The notes under the pieces: generated by a model
Database searches by the model: none
What the model saw: only the letters and a program-made list of their open reading frames with translations
What the model was told of the DNA's origin: nothing
Part shown: piece by piece, positions 32,580 to 46,536 of the stretch
Layout: the number at the start of each line of letters is the position of its first letter
How positions within the stretch are numbered: position 1 is the first letter of the stretch
Program-made: the position numbers and the translations under genes
Source: Mobula hypostoma
Taxonomy: Eukaryota
Direction: 5' to 3'
Assembly (NCBI RefSeq): GCF_963921235.1
Contig: NC_086097.1
Span: 6,076,001 to 6,140,000 of the forward strand
DNA: 64,000 nucleotides

Positions 32580-34560
32580 AGAGACCAGGGGATTATAGAC
32601 TGGTGAATCTGATAAACATAGTGGGGAAGTTATTGGAAGGTGTTCTACAGGAGCAGATATATGACTATATGGAAACAGATGGACTGGTTAAGGATAGTCA
32701 TCATGGCTTTGTGCATGGCAGGAAATGTCTCGCCAATCTTATAGACTTTTTGAGGAAGTTACCAGGAAAGTGGATGAAGACAAGGCAGTGGATGTTGTCC
32801 ACATGGACATTAGTAAGACATTTGACAAGGTCCTGCATGGGAAGCTGGTCAAGAAGGTTCAGTTGCTCGGCGTTCTGGATGAGATAGTAAATTGGATTAG
32901 ATATTGTCTTTGTGGGAGAAGTCAGAGAGTGGTAGTAGATGTTTGCTCTGACTGGAGGCCTGTGACTAGTGGTGTGCAGCAGGGATTGTAGCTGGGTCCT
33001 TTGTCATTTGTCATCTATATCAATGATCTAGATGATAATGTGGTTAACTGGATCAGCAAATTTGTTGATGACACCAAGACTGGGGGTGTAGTGAACAGTA
33101 AAGAAGGTTATTATAGCCAGCAGAGGGATCTACATCAACTGAAAAAAGGACAGATGGAATTTAATGCAGACAAGTGTGAGGTTTTGCATTTCAATAGGAC
33201 CAACCAGTGTAGGTCTTGTTAAGGCACTGATGAGAGTGGTAGAACAAAGGGATCTGGGAATACAGGCTCATCATTTGTTGAAAGTGGCGTCACAGGTAGA
33301 TAGTGTCGTAAAGAAAGCGTCTGACATATTGGCTTTTGTAAATCAATGTATTGAGGACAGAAGATGGAATAAGATCATAAAATAGAGGAGCAAAATTAGG
33401 CCATTTAGCCCATTGCATCTGCTCCGCCATTTCATCATGGCTCATACAATTTTCATCTCAGCCCCAATCTCATGCCTTCTTCCTGTATTCCTTCATGTCC
33501 TGACCAATCAAGAATCTATCAACCTCTGGCTTAAATATACATGAAGACTTGGCCTCCACAGCTGCCTGTGACAAATAATTCCACAGATTCACCAGTCTCT
33601 GCCTAAACAAAATTACTCCTCATCTCCATTCTAAAAGAACTCTATTCTGAGGCTGTCCCCTCTGGTCTTAGACTCTCCACTATAGAAAACATCCTCTGAA
33701 CATCCACTCTGTCAAGGCCTTTCACCATTCAATAAGTTCTAATGAGGTCAACACTCATTCTTCTGAATTCTAGTGAATACAGGCCCAGAGCCATCAAATG
33801 TTCTTCATATGACAGGCCATTCAATCCTGGAATCATTTTCATGAACCTTCTTTGAACTCTCTCCAGTTTCAGTACATCCTATCTAAGATAAGGGGCCCAA
33901 AATTGCTCACAATACTCCAAATGAGACCTCATCATTGCTTTATAAAGTCTCAACATTACATCCTTGGTTTTATATTTTAGTCCTATTGAAAGGAACGCTA
34001 ATATTTGCCTTCCTCACCACTGACTTACCCTGCAAATTAACCTCAAGGAATCCTGCACAAGGACTCTCAAGTTCTTTTGTACCTCAGTTTTTTGCATTTT
34101 CTCTCCATTTAGAAAATAGTCAACTCTTTCATCTCCTCTACCAAAGTGCATTACCAACGCAGTTCCCAACACTGAAAGAGTACAGAAAAAATTTACAAGG
34201 ATGTTGTTGGCACTGGAGAACCTGAGTTATAAGGAAATACTGAATAGGTTAGGACTGTATTCCTTGGAACGTAGAAGATTGAGAGATTTGATAGGTGTTT
34301 ACAAAATTGTGAGGGGTATGTAGGGTAAATGCAAGTAGGCTTTTCCCACCAAGGTTGGGTGGGACTAAAACAGAGGTCTTAGCTTTAGGGTGAAAGGTGA
34401 GAAGTGTAAGAGGAACATGAGGGGCAATTTCTTAAATCAGAGGGTCGTTAGAGTGTGGAATGAGCAGCCATTGCAAGTGGTCCATGTGAGCTTGATTTCA
34501 ACGTTTAAGAGAATTTGGACAGGGACACAGATAGTACGGATATGGAGGGCTATAGTACAG
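32580..34560. repeat. CR1 RT/3' fragment (+) interrupted by an antisense CR1 3' end (~33370-34170)
   Basis: FEEVTRKVDE..FDKVLHG, YINDLD..KFVDDTK; the + element resumes at ~34172. Confidence 0.8.
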
Positions 34561-35330
34561 TGCAGGTTGATGGCAGAGGGGAAAAAACTGTTCCTGAATC
34601 GCTGAGTGTGTGCCTTTAGGCTTCTATACCTCCTACCTGATGGTAACAACGAGAAAAGGGCATGTCCTGGGTGCTGGAGGTGTTTAATAATGGACGCTGA
34701 CTTTCCTTGAAGGTGTCTTGAGTACTTTGTAGGCTAGTACCTAAGATAGAGCCGACTAGATTTACAATCCTTTGCTGCTTTTTTCGGTCCTGTGCAGTAG
34801 CCCCTCCATACCAGACAGTGATGCAGCCTGTCAGAATGCTGTCCTGTAGAAGTTTTTGAGTGTATTTGTTGACATACCAAATCTCTTCAAACTCCTAATA
34901 AAGTACAGTCGCTGTCCTGCCTTCTTTATAACTGCAAATATATGTTGGGATTAGGTGGGTCCTCAGAGATCTTGACACCCAGGAACTTGAAACTGCTCAC
35001 TCTCTCCACTTCTGATCCCTCTATGAAGATTGGTATGTGTTCCTTTGTTTCAGCCTTCCTGAAGTCCACAGTCAGCTCTTTCATCTTACTGACATTGAGT
35101 GCAAGATTTTTGCTGCGGCACCACTCCTCTAGTTGGCATATCTCACTCCTGTACACCCTCTCATTGTCACCTGAGATTCTACCAACAATGCTTGTATCGT
35201 CAGCAAATTTATAGTTGATTTTTGAGCTATGTCTAGCCATACAGTCATGGGTATAGAGAGAGTAGAGCAGTGGGTTAAGCACACACCCCTGAGGTGCACT
35301 GTGTATATCTTCAGCGAGGAGGAGATACAA
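34560..35330 (-). repeat. Rex1/Babar RT fragment
   Basis: APQGCVLNPLLYSLYTHDC..KFADDT..VERVSSFKFLGV; LPSGRRYRSL. Confidence 0.85.
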
Positions 35331-35369
35331 GTCCTCCCATCAAGACTTATGGCATTGCCTTACCCAGCA

Positions 35370-35600
35370 CTGGCAGATTCATGTACCTGAACATCATTTG
35401 GCAGGATGGTGGGACCAAGGAGGGCATCTAATGCAGACTCAGCAAAGCTAGAAATGTCTTCAGATCAATGAGCAATATATGGGGATCAACCACACCAAGG
35501 TGAAGTTCTATCAGCTGTGTTCTATCCACAGTCTTGTATTGGTCAGAATGCTGGTGCATTGCATAAAGCAACCTTGCAAATCTGCTGTTATTGCAGCTCC
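35370..35600 (+). repeat. Old RTE-clade RT fragment
   Basis: Decayed FMYL..QDGGTKE.I.CRLSKARNVF. Confidence 0.55.
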
Positions 35601-38600
35601 TCTCTCATGCCTCTGTAATTCCCTTAACTTCACTGTAATAACTGATACATCTGACTTTAGCTTCTCCCTCTTAAACTGCAGGGTGAACTCTATCATATTA
35701 TGATCACAGGCCCCTAAGGGTTCCTTTATCTTAAGCTCTCTAATCAAAACTGGTTCATTGCACAACACCTAATTTAGAATTGCCTTTCCCCTAGCAAGCT
35801 CAATCACAAGCTGTTCCAAAAGCCATCTCATAGGTATTCTACAAATTCTGTCTCTTGGGATCCAGCACCAACCTAATTTTCGATATTTACCTGCAGTTTG
35901 AAATCCCCCATGTCTATCTGATTACATAGTCCTTTTGACATGCCTTTTCTATCTCCCATTATAATTTGTAGCCCACATTCTCTTTACCATTCTGAGGCCT
36001 GTAAATAACTCCCAGCAGGGTATTTTTACCCTTCCAGATTCTTAGCTCTACCATAAGAACTCTACATCTTCTAATCCTATCTCACCTCTTTCTAAGGATT
36101 TGATTTAATTTTTTACCAAGAGAGCCACCTACCTGCTTGTCCTTTTGATACGCGGTGTGATACAAGGAAAATGTCACTGCAGTGTTCAGTCAGGACAAAC
36201 TGGAGAGCTCATCTACTGAGGCTTTATGAGTAGAGCTGAGGAATAAGAAACATATGACCATGTTAATATATAATGGTTGTTAAACTCTCAACTATGATCT
36301 CCTTTCAGCCACAACTCAGTGATGCACACATCATTGTACCTGCCAATCTCAAATCTGTGCATCAAATTCATCTACCTTATACTATATACTGCGTGCATTC
36401 AAATGTGGCACCTTCAGTCCTGAATTCATCACCTTTCTACCTGTGGTACCTGCTAGTGAGGCCAGAACTAGGAAGATCAGACAGTTTAACACATGGCTAA
36501 GGTGATGGCGCAGAAGAGAGGGCTTCTGATTTTTGGATCATTGGTTTCTTTTCCAGGGAATGTGGGATCTGTACAAAAGGGACAGTTTGCACCTGAACTG
36601 GAAGTGGACTAATATCCCAGCAGGAAGGTTTTCTCATGCTGCAGTCTAGGGGTTTAAATTAGACTTGCAGGAAATGGGAACCAGAGTACCAGAACAGAGA
36701 GTGGAGTGATCGTGGAGAAAGATGTTGTTAAGCCTACATACAAAGTCAAGAATCAAAAGCATGAGCACGGTGGGACTGGTGTTCTGAACTATGAATACTT
36801 CAATGCAAAGTGTATTGTAGGATGAGCTTAGTGCATGAATCAGTACGCAAGATTATGACATTGTCGTTATTAGTAAGACTTGATTGCAGGAGGGGCAGGA
36901 CTGGCAGCTCAGTATTCCAGGGTTCCATTGCTTTAGATGTGATAAAGCAAGTGGGATTAAAGGGATTAAAGGGGGAGGGGTGATTTTCTAAATCAAAGAA
37001 AAGCCAATTTTGATGGTATCAGAAAGGATCTGGTAAGGGTAGATTGGAACAGTTTGTTTTTTGGCAAAGGTGTACTTGGTAAATGGGAGACCTTCAAAAG
37101 TGAAATTTTGAGAGTACAGAGTATGTACATTCCTGTCAGAGTAAAAGGTAAAGATGATAGGTTACGGGAACCTTGGTTTTCAAGAGATTTTGAGGCCCTA
37201 GTTAAGAAGAAAATGGAACAAATACAGAATTTGAGCAGGATAAGAAATGTAAGCGAACACTTAAGAAAGAAAGCAGGAGGGCTATAAAAACATATACAGT
37301 TTTTGAAGAAGTTACCTAGAAATTTGATGAAGGCAAAACATTGGATGTTGGTGATATGGACTTTAGCAATGCCTTCGATAAGTTCTCACGTGGGGGGTTT
37401 GTCAAGATGGTTCAGTTGTTTAACATTCAAGGTGATGGAATAATTTGGATTAGACATTGGCTTCATGGAAGCAGCCATAGAGTGATAATAGATGGTTGCT
37501 TCTCTGACTGGAGGTCTGTGACTAGTAGTATGCCACAATGATTAGTGCTGGGTCCATAATTGTTTGACATTGGATTGAAGACCTGAATTATAAGGAACAG
37601 TTGAATAAAATACGGCTTTATGGCCTAGAAAATAGAAGATTGAGGGGAGATTTAATTAAGGTATACGGAATAATGAGGGGCTTAGATAGGATATGTGCAA
37701 GCAGGCTTTTTCCACTGAGGCTGAGCGAGACTAGATCTAGAGAACATGGGGTAAGGGTGAAAGGTGAAATGTTTAAGGGGAACATGAAAGAGAACGTCTT
37801 CATTCAGAGGGTGGAATGAACTGCCAACGCAAGTGGTAGATGCGGGGTCGATTTCAACAATTAGGCGAAATTTGGTTAAGTACATGGATTGGAGGGGTAT
37901 AGAAACATAGAAACATAGAAAATAGGTGCAGGAGTAGGCCATTCGGCCCTTCGAGCCTGCACCGCCATTTATTATGATCATGGCTGATCATCCAACTCAG
38001 AACCCCGCCCCAGCCTTCCCTCCATACCCCCTGACCCCCGTAGCCACAAGGGCCATATCTAACTCCCTCTTAAACATAGCCAATATGGTTCAGCATGGAC
38101 GAGATGGGTTCTATGACTGTATGACCTTTTGCAATTTTGCCCTCATGTTAAAATTCAATTTCACTGACTGTAAATTTGCCCTCTCATCATCCTGTCCTTC
38201 CCCACAGTCTCACTGCACACTGCATCTACTTGTATACCAAATAGCCCATGCTCAGCCCTATCATTCCCATTCCCACTCCCCGCAAGGCTGTTGTTCCCCC
38301 TCAGGTTCAGGTGTAACCCATTCTTCGTGTACTTTCGCAATAATCCAGAATTCTGAAACCCCGCCTTCTGCTCCTATTCCTTAGATATGCATTCATCTTG
38401 TAAAACATCCTATTCTTACCTTCAATGGCACTGTAGCACAGGCAGAAATCCACAGCTTGTGACCCTAGAAGTCTGGCTTTTCAGCTTTCTTCTCAGCTCT
38501 CTTTATTCTCTCTTCAGGATCTTTTCCCATTTCCTACTGATGTCATTGGTACAACTTCTGGCCCTTCACCCTCTCCCTCTAGAATGCTGTGGAGCTGATC

Positions 38601-39110
38601 TGAGGCATCCCTGACCCTGGCACCCGGGAGGTCACATATCACCCAGGTATCCCTTTCACGTCCACAGGATCTCATGTCTGCTCCTGTAACTATGAAACCC
38701 CAATCACTACTGCATATCCCTTCTCTCCCCTTCCCTTATTAGTCACATAGACACTCAGTGCAGAGACCTGGTTACTGTGGCTTCCCCCTGGTAGGACATA
38801 CCCCCCAACAGTATCCAAAGCGGTGTACTTATATCCCCCAACAGTACTCAAAGCAGTGTACTTATTATTGAGGGGAATGACCACAGGGCTTTCTGCCTGT
38901 CCCTTTCCCTCTCCTGACAGTCGCCCAGGTACCTTCCTCCTGCAAGTCAGGGGTGACTACATCCCTGTAGCTCCTATCTATCACCTCCTCAGTCTCCTGC
39001 ATGGCACACAAGTCATCGAGCTGCAGCTCGTGTTCCTTAACATGGTTTCTCAGGAGCGGCAGCTCGATGCTGTTCATGTAGATGTTATCAGGGAGACTGG
39101 AGTGATGCTA
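35590..39110. repeat. Mosaic of CR1 fragments (APE minus 35590-36150; ORF1-ORF2 plus 36430-37898; young 3' end minus 37899-38083; ORF1 minus 38200-39110)
   Basis: EPLGACDHNMIEF, KWETFKSEI, DFSNAFDK, HELQLDDL..PLNNKYTAL. Confidence 0.75.
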
Positions 39111-39495
39111 GACACAGGAGTGACTGTCTACAAGGTGACTCTAACAGGAAATGATAAAGTAGTGGTGGTACGTTACTGGGTAGAGTTGTTGATCAGCCTT
39201 ATTGCTCGGGGAAATAACTGTTTTGAGTCTGGTGGTCCTGCTGTGGATGCTACGTAACCTTCTCACTGATGGCAGTGGGACAAACAGTCCACGAGCAGAG
39301 TGGGTCATGATGCTAGTGGCCTTTTTCCAGTACCTCTCTGCATTTACTGAATGTCGCTGACAATGGGTAGGCCAGTGCAGGTGATGCTTTGGGCAGTTTT
39401 GACCACACGTTGTAGAGCCCTCCTGTCCGTCGCAGTGCAGTTTCCGTACCATGCAGTAATGCAGCTCGTAAGGATACTCTCTACTGCACATGCAA
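39110..39495 (-). repeat. Rex1/Babar 3' fragment
   Basis: GLFVPLPSVRRLRSIHSRTTRLK; same family as ~31705-32000. Confidence 0.7.
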
Positions 39496-39584
39496 ATACT
39501 CAATTAGCCCAGAGCCCATCCTGCTTGGGGAAACACCATCCAAGTAACTTTGCAGAAATTGTTCCATCACATCACAATTGAGTG

Positions 39585-40290
39585 ATCTGGTCCTTTGGCT
39601 TCTCCTGGGGTGTTTTGAGAGGTTTTGAGCAAAGTGTGCAGCCTGGAGACAGGGCGTGAGCCCATGATCAACTCCATTTCACGTTGATCTCACTGATTAA
39701 AGTGTCAAGCAAGTTTGAAATCAACGAGGACGAGAGCAGAAGGTGAGTGGGTGTTTAGTGCCATCTGCGTACATTTGATCAGTCTTTCTCCCTCTCACTT
39801 GCTGTCACTGGAGGAAGGAGTCTGCGTTTAACCCATCTCTCACTCTAGCTCGCTGCTCCCAGAGGATGCTGGAGTAGTCTTGGGTCCTGGGCAAGGTTTA
39901 ATCACTGGATTGAGTATGGATTGGACTTTGTAGTTAATATTATATGTGTTTCTGGCTCTGGTTACTCCTTTATCATTGCTATTTTGTGTGATTTTGAATG
40001 GCTTCTGCAGCCTGCAGTCAATGAACGACACAGCACTAAATTAAACTGAACTGGGCTGAACTGAACATTCCCAAACTGTTTCAATGACTCTGTGGCTTCG
40101 TGTTTTATATTCTCTGTTTTTTGCCGTTTGCGTGATTTGTTCTTTTTTGTGCGTTGGGTGTTTGATGTTTCTCTTTGAATAGGTTCCATGGTGTTCCTTT
40201 GTTTTGTGGCAGACTGTAGGAAGACAAATCTCAGGGTTGTACACTGCATACATATGTTGATAATAAAAGTACTTTGAATCTTTGAATCGC
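39585..40290 (+). repeat. Non-autonomous element with TTTGAA(T/C)C tail
   Basis: 3' ~300 bp homologous to the reverse complement of 4890-5170. Confidence 0.6.
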
Positions 40291-41049
40291 TGGATGATGC
40301 TTTGACTAGTTTATATTGGATCTCAGGGAAAAGCTACTTGACGAACCATAATGACCCCAGCCACTTGCTGCCTTTAGGCCACCAGTAGAGAGCATATTAG
40401 CCGAAGCAGCTGTAGAGGGAGCAGTGGCATAGAGGGTGTGACTGTGAATGAACACCATGTAGGGCTGCAAAGATTGGATGATTGAGAAGGGAGAAGAGAG
40501 GCAGCAGAGAGAACAGGAACCTGGTAAAACAGGGTTAGTTCCCTTAACACGCCTGAACAGCAGAAGGTCCAGGCTGTCCTGCGGGGTTGTGCTTAAACAT
40601 CTGTAGCCATATCACAGCAATTCCCCACTGGACTTGGTAGCCATGAGTTATTAGAAGCTGTCAAAGCCATCACATCTTTTACCTTCCAGATTTCCCCAGG
40701 CTCCTGCCAGAGACACATTAAACATCTCCCTGCTGGCTAACAACAAATGTATCCGACTGATTGCTGTACTGCCAGAACAAGCAATCCTGTCAACGCGGCC
40801 TGTGATGGCACCAACCAGAACGAATACCTCTTCTCCTGTCAGCCCACGGGGAAAGTGAAAAGGGATTTTCATATCATACCTCAGCACTTGTTTCAGTTAA
40901 CTCCTCTTCCCATTAGCTTGACACAATGCAACTGTTTCCAAGTCTTAAAATAAGACCACAAAACTATAAGGCACAGGAGTAGAAATAGGCCATTTAGACC
41001 ATTGAGTCTGTTTCACAATTTCATCCTGGCTGATTTATTATCCCTCTCA

Positions 41050-41730
41050 TTCTAATGAACTCGGGGTAAGGCACACATTCCCTTGAGACAGGTAACACAG
41101 GTAGACAGGGTGGTGAGGAAGGAAGGCAGGTGACGTTGGCTGGGTCACTGAATACAGAAATAGAGGCATCATGCTGCAACTGTACAAGATATCACTGAAA
41201 CCACAGTCTGAGACATCATGTAAAGTTCTGGTCACGACTATAAGTAGGATGACTAAGCAAGAAACAGGTGCAGAAAAGTTTATGAGGATGTTACGAAGAC
41301 AAGAGTTTTGAGTTATATGGAGAGACAGGATAGGCTGGAACTTCACTCCTGGAGTGCCGAAGGCTGAGAGATGACCTTATAGGGAACGTAAAGTCATGAA
41401 GGCTACATGGTAGATAGTCACAGTCTTTTTCACAGGATAAGGGAGCTTGCAGCTTGAGGATATGGATGTAAAGTGACATGAATGATTTGAAAAGGGTTTA
41501 AAAGCGTAACTTTTGATAAAGAACTTGTGGGTTTCTGGAATGATCCACTAGACAAAATAATAGAGTTGCGTGCAATTATAATGTTTGAAAGACATTTGGA
41601 TGAGTATAAGGATAGAAAATACTTAGGTTGATATGGCTAAATGAAGATAAAGTGATCTTAGATAGACTTCTTGCTTAACATGGAGAAGTTGTGCTAAAGG
41701 GTCTGTTTTCGTGTTGTACGGTTCTCCAGA
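41050..41730 (+). repeat. Old CR1 3' fragment
   Basis: Degenerate CR1 C-terminal coding sequence and 3'UTR. Confidence 0.65.
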
Positions 41731-41799
41731 GTCTGTGATCGGTGGAAACAGTAAAAAAAACTAGTAACAATAACTTATTCACCGATCACTTTTCCTACA

Positions 41800-42182
41800 G
41801 ATAATGTAGTTCAAAGTGCTTTATAATGGAATAAAGTGCAAACATGAAAATATAAGGCAAAATGATGTTTGTTAAAAGCAAGGTTAAATAAATAGATTTT
41901 GATCTGGTGTTTAAAAGTGTCAACTGAGTCTGCATCTGTTCTAGTTTTAGGGGTTGGAGAGTAGTTCAAAAGAAAAGCTAACCTGCCAATTATCCTTTGA
42001 GGGAGATTGTTTAAATGTAAGAGACTGGTGGAAGAAGACCTGAGAGTTCAAGCAGGATTATAAAACAAAAGTGATTCTGTGATGTACTCCGGTCCCAGAC
42101 CATTGAGAGCTTTAAAAACAAGTCAGAGAACTTTAAAATCAATTTGAAATGATACAGGAAGCCGATGCAGAGTAGCTAGGGC
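41800..42182 (-). repeat. L2-clade LINE 3' fragment
   Basis: Minus strand LATLHRLPVSFQIDFKVL*LVFKALNGLGP matches the L2 LHWLP..I.FK..L.FKAL motif. Confidence 0.75.
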
Positions 42183-42894
42183 TTTTTTTAAAATCTTAAG
42201 GGATAGGAACAGAGTTAAGTCTTAAGCTTCCTGCAGGCTGCCTCAGTGCTCTGTCAGATCATCAATAATTTCTCTTCTACATTTTTCCTATTCTCTGGAT
42301 CCCTTTACATCCAGAGTATTTGCTGTGGATATTTACAGTATCTATTTGATAAATACTTGACGTGCCAACTTCTTGGCATTTCTTTTTTCCTCTGCATGTC
42401 ATAAACTTTGAGAAATAAGTTGCTGAAACATTGAGTCACTTTGAGCTTTACCTTTGAAGGACTATTGAAACGAGTTGTGCAGGGGAAAGACAAGACCCAA
42501 AGCTTCTATCTCTGATCAGCCTGGTTCCTCTCTGAAATATTTTAATTGTTGAAAATCCCTTCAGGACATAAAATAGCCTACCTTAATGTAAGTTATTTCT
42601 TCATGAAGCGTATCTGTTGGAATGATTGGCAAAATGTTTGCCTCAAGGTAAAGCATCTCCTAATACTCACGCAGTTAAACAACTCCTATTGGAGCACAGC
42701 ATTCGATATAAATCTTTAATATACAGGATTTATCTTTAATTCCCCACAGCTCCTGATACTTTGCAGTAAAAATTGTACATTATCTATTTCTTTTTTTGTA
42801 CACAAAAGGACTTTCTTTGCACATAACTTCATATACTTGCGAAGCTATTTTTATGTATTTCACTCATTTTTGCAAGGTAATATGAGCAAGTTTC

Positions 42895-43350
42895 CTTCAA
42901 CCTCATGGCATGAGCATTGATTTCTCCAACTTCTGTTTTTTTCTCCCTCTCTCCATTTCCTCTTCTTCAATTCCCCACTCTGGGCCCCCTCTTACCTCTT
43001 CTCTACTTTTCACCTGCCTGTCACCTCCTCTGGGGTCCCTCTTTCCTCCCTATCTTCTTTAGTCCTCTCTCCTCTCCTGTCGGATTCCTTCCTCTCCAAA
43101 CCTTTAACTTTTCCACCTATCACCTCCCTGCTTCTTACTTCACCCCCTCCCCCACTCACCAGGTTTCACCTATCAACTTTGAGCTTGTTATCCTTCCACT
43201 CACGGCACCCTCTTATTCTGGCTTCTTTCACCCCTCACCCCCACCTTGCTTTCCAGTCCCGATGAAAGGTCTCAGCCTGAAACACTGACTATTTATTTAT
43301 TTCCACAGATGCTACCCGACCCGTTGAGCTCCCCCAGCATTTTATGTGTG
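42895..43350 (+). mobile_element. Penelope-like pLTR with a degenerate hammerhead (43255-43290)
   Basis: Starts at the GIY-YIG end (GMSIDFSNF), pyrimidine-rich body, agtcccgatgaaaggtctcagcctgaaacactgact. Confidence 0.75.
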
Positions 43351-43509
43351 CTTTCCTAGGATTCCTTCCTGCCTTTTTTTTGCTGGGATAATCAGCAAAT
43401 TCCATTCTTTTGTAAAATCCCCACTCTGTTATTTGATGTAAAACCTAAGCTCCATAGATAGATTTGCAAATGTTTTTAAAGTGCTGAGTAAGTTGAAATT
43501 GACTGAAAT

Positions 43510-44047
43510 CAATTCCGATTTGATGGAGAATGGACGTGAAAGCACAGAGGAACATCTGGAGAAATCTCTGGAACGCCCGTTCGCTGCTGTCATTACTGTG
43601 TGATCGGGAATCTTTCAGAGGGTAGGCCTCAAAATCCCCGGCCTTGCCTGCTTTTGACGACCGAGAAGGAGGTCGAATCGTTCAGACAGAGATGGCGCTC
43701 AGTACTCGGTGTCAGAGAGCTGATCAGAGCTGGAAGTTTTCGGATGACTCAGAGTCGGACCATGGTCGGCATGGCAGGGAGAGTTTTTCTTCTTTCTCCT
43801 GTCTGCGTGAGATGTGGGACATTTGAGAAACTTTAAACTTTACTGTGCTCACGGACTTCTTCATCAAGTTATGGTACTGTTACACTGTTTGTAACTATAT
43901 GTTATAATTATGTGGTTTTGTCAGTTTTTTCAGTCTTGGTTTGTCCTGTGTTTTGTGATATCAGACCGGAGGAAATAATGTATCATTTCTTAATGCATGC
44001 ATTACTAAATGACAATAAAAGAGGACTACGTGTCTTCATAATCATAT
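43510..44047 (+). repeat. Uninterrupted copy of the non-autonomous element that hosts the L1
   Basis: Colinear with 9667-10028 plus 12808-12970; single copy of aagttatggtactgt at the L1 site. Confidence 0.85.
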
Positions 44048-44119
44048 CAGGCCGCTATATTTATCTGAAAGCCCGGATGAAATTACACTCTGCTTCCAGG
44101 AGGCATTCTACCAGCTGGA

Positions 44120-44760
44120 GGGACTTGGAGTATTGTGAGCAATTTTGGGCCCTTTACCAAAGAAAAGATATGCTGGCATTGGAGATGGTTCAGAGGAGGT
44201 TCAGGAGAATTATTCTGGGAATGAAAGAGTTAATGTATGAGGCGGGATTGATGGCTCTTGGCCTGTACTTCTGGGAATTTTGAAGAATGAGCAGGAACCT
44301 CATTGAAACCTATCAAATATTGAAAAGCCTACATAGAGTGGATGCGGGGAGGATGTTTCCTTCAGTGGAGGACGCTATGACTGGAAGGCACACCCTCAGA
44401 ATAGACCACCGGTTCCCATCCTTTTTTATGCCATGGACCTATACCATTAAGCACGGGGTTCACAAATCCCAGGTTGGGAACTCTTGGAATAGAGAGATAT
44501 TCCTTTAGGACAGAGATGAAAAGGAATTTCTTTAGTCAGAAGGTGGAATTAATTACCATAGACAGCTGTGGCGGCCAACTCATTGAGTACATTTAAAGCA
44601 GAGGTTAATAGGTTCTTGATTAGTCAGGGTGTCAAAGGTTATGGGTAGAAGTAGGAGATTGGTTTTGGAAGGAATAATAAATCAGCCATGATGGAATGGC
44701 GGGGCAGACTCAAAGGGCCAAATGGCCTAATTCTGCTCTTATGTCATATGCTCTTATGGA
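44120..44760 (+). repeat. CR1 3' fragment
   Basis: LEYCEQFWALYQRKDMLALEMVQRRF. Confidence 0.8.
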
Positions 44761-44971
44761 GTGGCAGGTGCTGGCCAGTGATGACTTTGTCATGGAGAGT
44801 GGTGCAGGAGCCTTGCTGAACCCTGGACAAGCACCAGAAACTTCCCTATCAAAGACTTTGAAACTACAGTATTTTCAATGGTCTTTAATCAGATAATATT
44901 AAAACAAATTAAAAATAAATGAAATATCACACATGAGGATGAATAATTTTAAATGTAAAGTAATTTAATTT

Positions 44972-45640
44972 CGGTGGAATCTGTTTAATTGGGCCATTGG
45001 TTAATGGGGATAGCCACTTATTTGAGACAAATTTTAAAGAACAAAAGCTAATCAAGAAAATAGCTGGATTCCTTCATTTATTTGCAACACCATGCCACTT
45101 AATTGAGACAGGAGACTGTGTTGAGCAATTTGTAACGAGCATCAGTCATGTGCACTTGTGTGGCTGTTTGACACTATACTGTGCTTAGAGCAAACAGTTT
45201 TTAAATAGTATCAGTTGCATGTGCTGTGTTATCCATTTGGGCCAATGAACCCCAATTCAAAAAGCAGTGATTTTTTTAAAAACGCAAACAACTTTAAAAA
45301 AAATTTTTAAAACAATTTTTTTTTAAATTGCTTGTTTTTATTTTGACTTCAGAAATTTTTAGATCCTTGCCAAGGTGCCACAAAAAGGTTTACCACTAGC
45401 TGAAAAAAATTACCCTACATGGCAGCCTACATTGGATGAATTCTTCCATTGATAAATATTAGAAACTAATACACAGTTTTATAGTACTGTAGTAGTATTG
45501 GTAGGATTCTAATTTGTTCTGTATTTCATTTAAATACATCATTTGTTATTTGCTTAAACAGTAGTTTGTCTTTTTAATAGCATTTTAAATATGAAGCTTC
45601 AGCTAATTAGGGCAGCTACTTAATTGGGCCAAAATGCACC
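44972..45640. repeat. Possible Tigger/pogo-like DNA transposon remnant
   Basis: Repeated TTAATTGGG-type motifs near both ends (cggtggaatctgtttaattgggcc; gcagctacttaattgggcc). No clean TIR pair found. Confidence 0.35.
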
Positions 45641-45854
45641 AAAATGAGTCTCTATTATCCTGAAACCTAGACTTATAGTTCCATAGCAATGACAATAGCC
45701 TTGAGTATGGCATTTGTGTCCGGTGTAAAGCTAAGGGGCCAAATGAAAAATACCCTCAGATGCTCTCCAGCACATCACAGTGCCTCAGTCACAAATTCTT
45801 CTGTGTTTTCTGTGAAAGTCTGTGATGATTTGAGGGCTAATGGCTGACAATCAG

Positions 45855-46130
45855 TACTAGTGGCGTAGCAGTTAGTGTAACCTACGGCAGCTCGGGGTGG
45901 CAGAGAACAGAGTTCAATTCCAACATTATTTGGCAGGAGTTTTTACGTTCTCTCCATGACTGAGTGGGTTTCCTCCGGATCCTCTGGTTTCCTCCCACAG
46001 TCCAAAGATGAGTGAATTAATCATTGTAAACTGACCTGTGATTAGACTGGGGTTAAATATATGGATTGCTGGGCAGCACAGCTTATTGCGCTGGAAGGGC
46101 CTGGTCCACACCATCTCTAAATAGATTAAC
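45855..46130 (+). repeat. V-SINE
   Basis: gtgggtttcctccggatcctctggtttcctcccacagtccaaaga. Confidence 0.75.
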
Positions 46131-46536
46131 AGTGAAAATAGCTCTCTGAGAAAAAGTTGGCCACTAGCTAGCGGGGTTTGGCCCCACAAGAGAGATGTGA
46201 TTCACCCATTGCTGTGATATTGCTGTCTATGTCAGAACTGACTGACTTTAGAAACATAGAAACATAGAATCATAGACAACCTCCAGCAACCTTCGGCCCA
46301 CAAAGCTGTGCTGAACCTGTCCTTACCTGAGAAATTTCCTAGGGTTACCCATAGACCTCTATTTTCCTAAGCTTCATGTGCCTATCCAGGAGTCTCCTAA
46401 AAGACCCTATCGTATCAGCCTCCACCACCATGGAAAAAGAGAGAAGGGGGAGAGAAAAACCAGAAGCTGGAGAAATCAATGTTGATGGCATCAGGTTGGA
46501 GGCCATCCACTTGACCCAGCTCACAAAGGATTTCAT

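Noticed and set aside
38798..38865. 33-bp tandem duplication
   Set aside because: Local slippage inside a dead CR1 ORF1 (YTALSTVGG/YTALDTVGG).
40690..40860. Possible plus-strand exon after cttttaccttccag in a repeat-free stretch
   Set aside because: One open frame but no recognisable peptide and no convincing donor.
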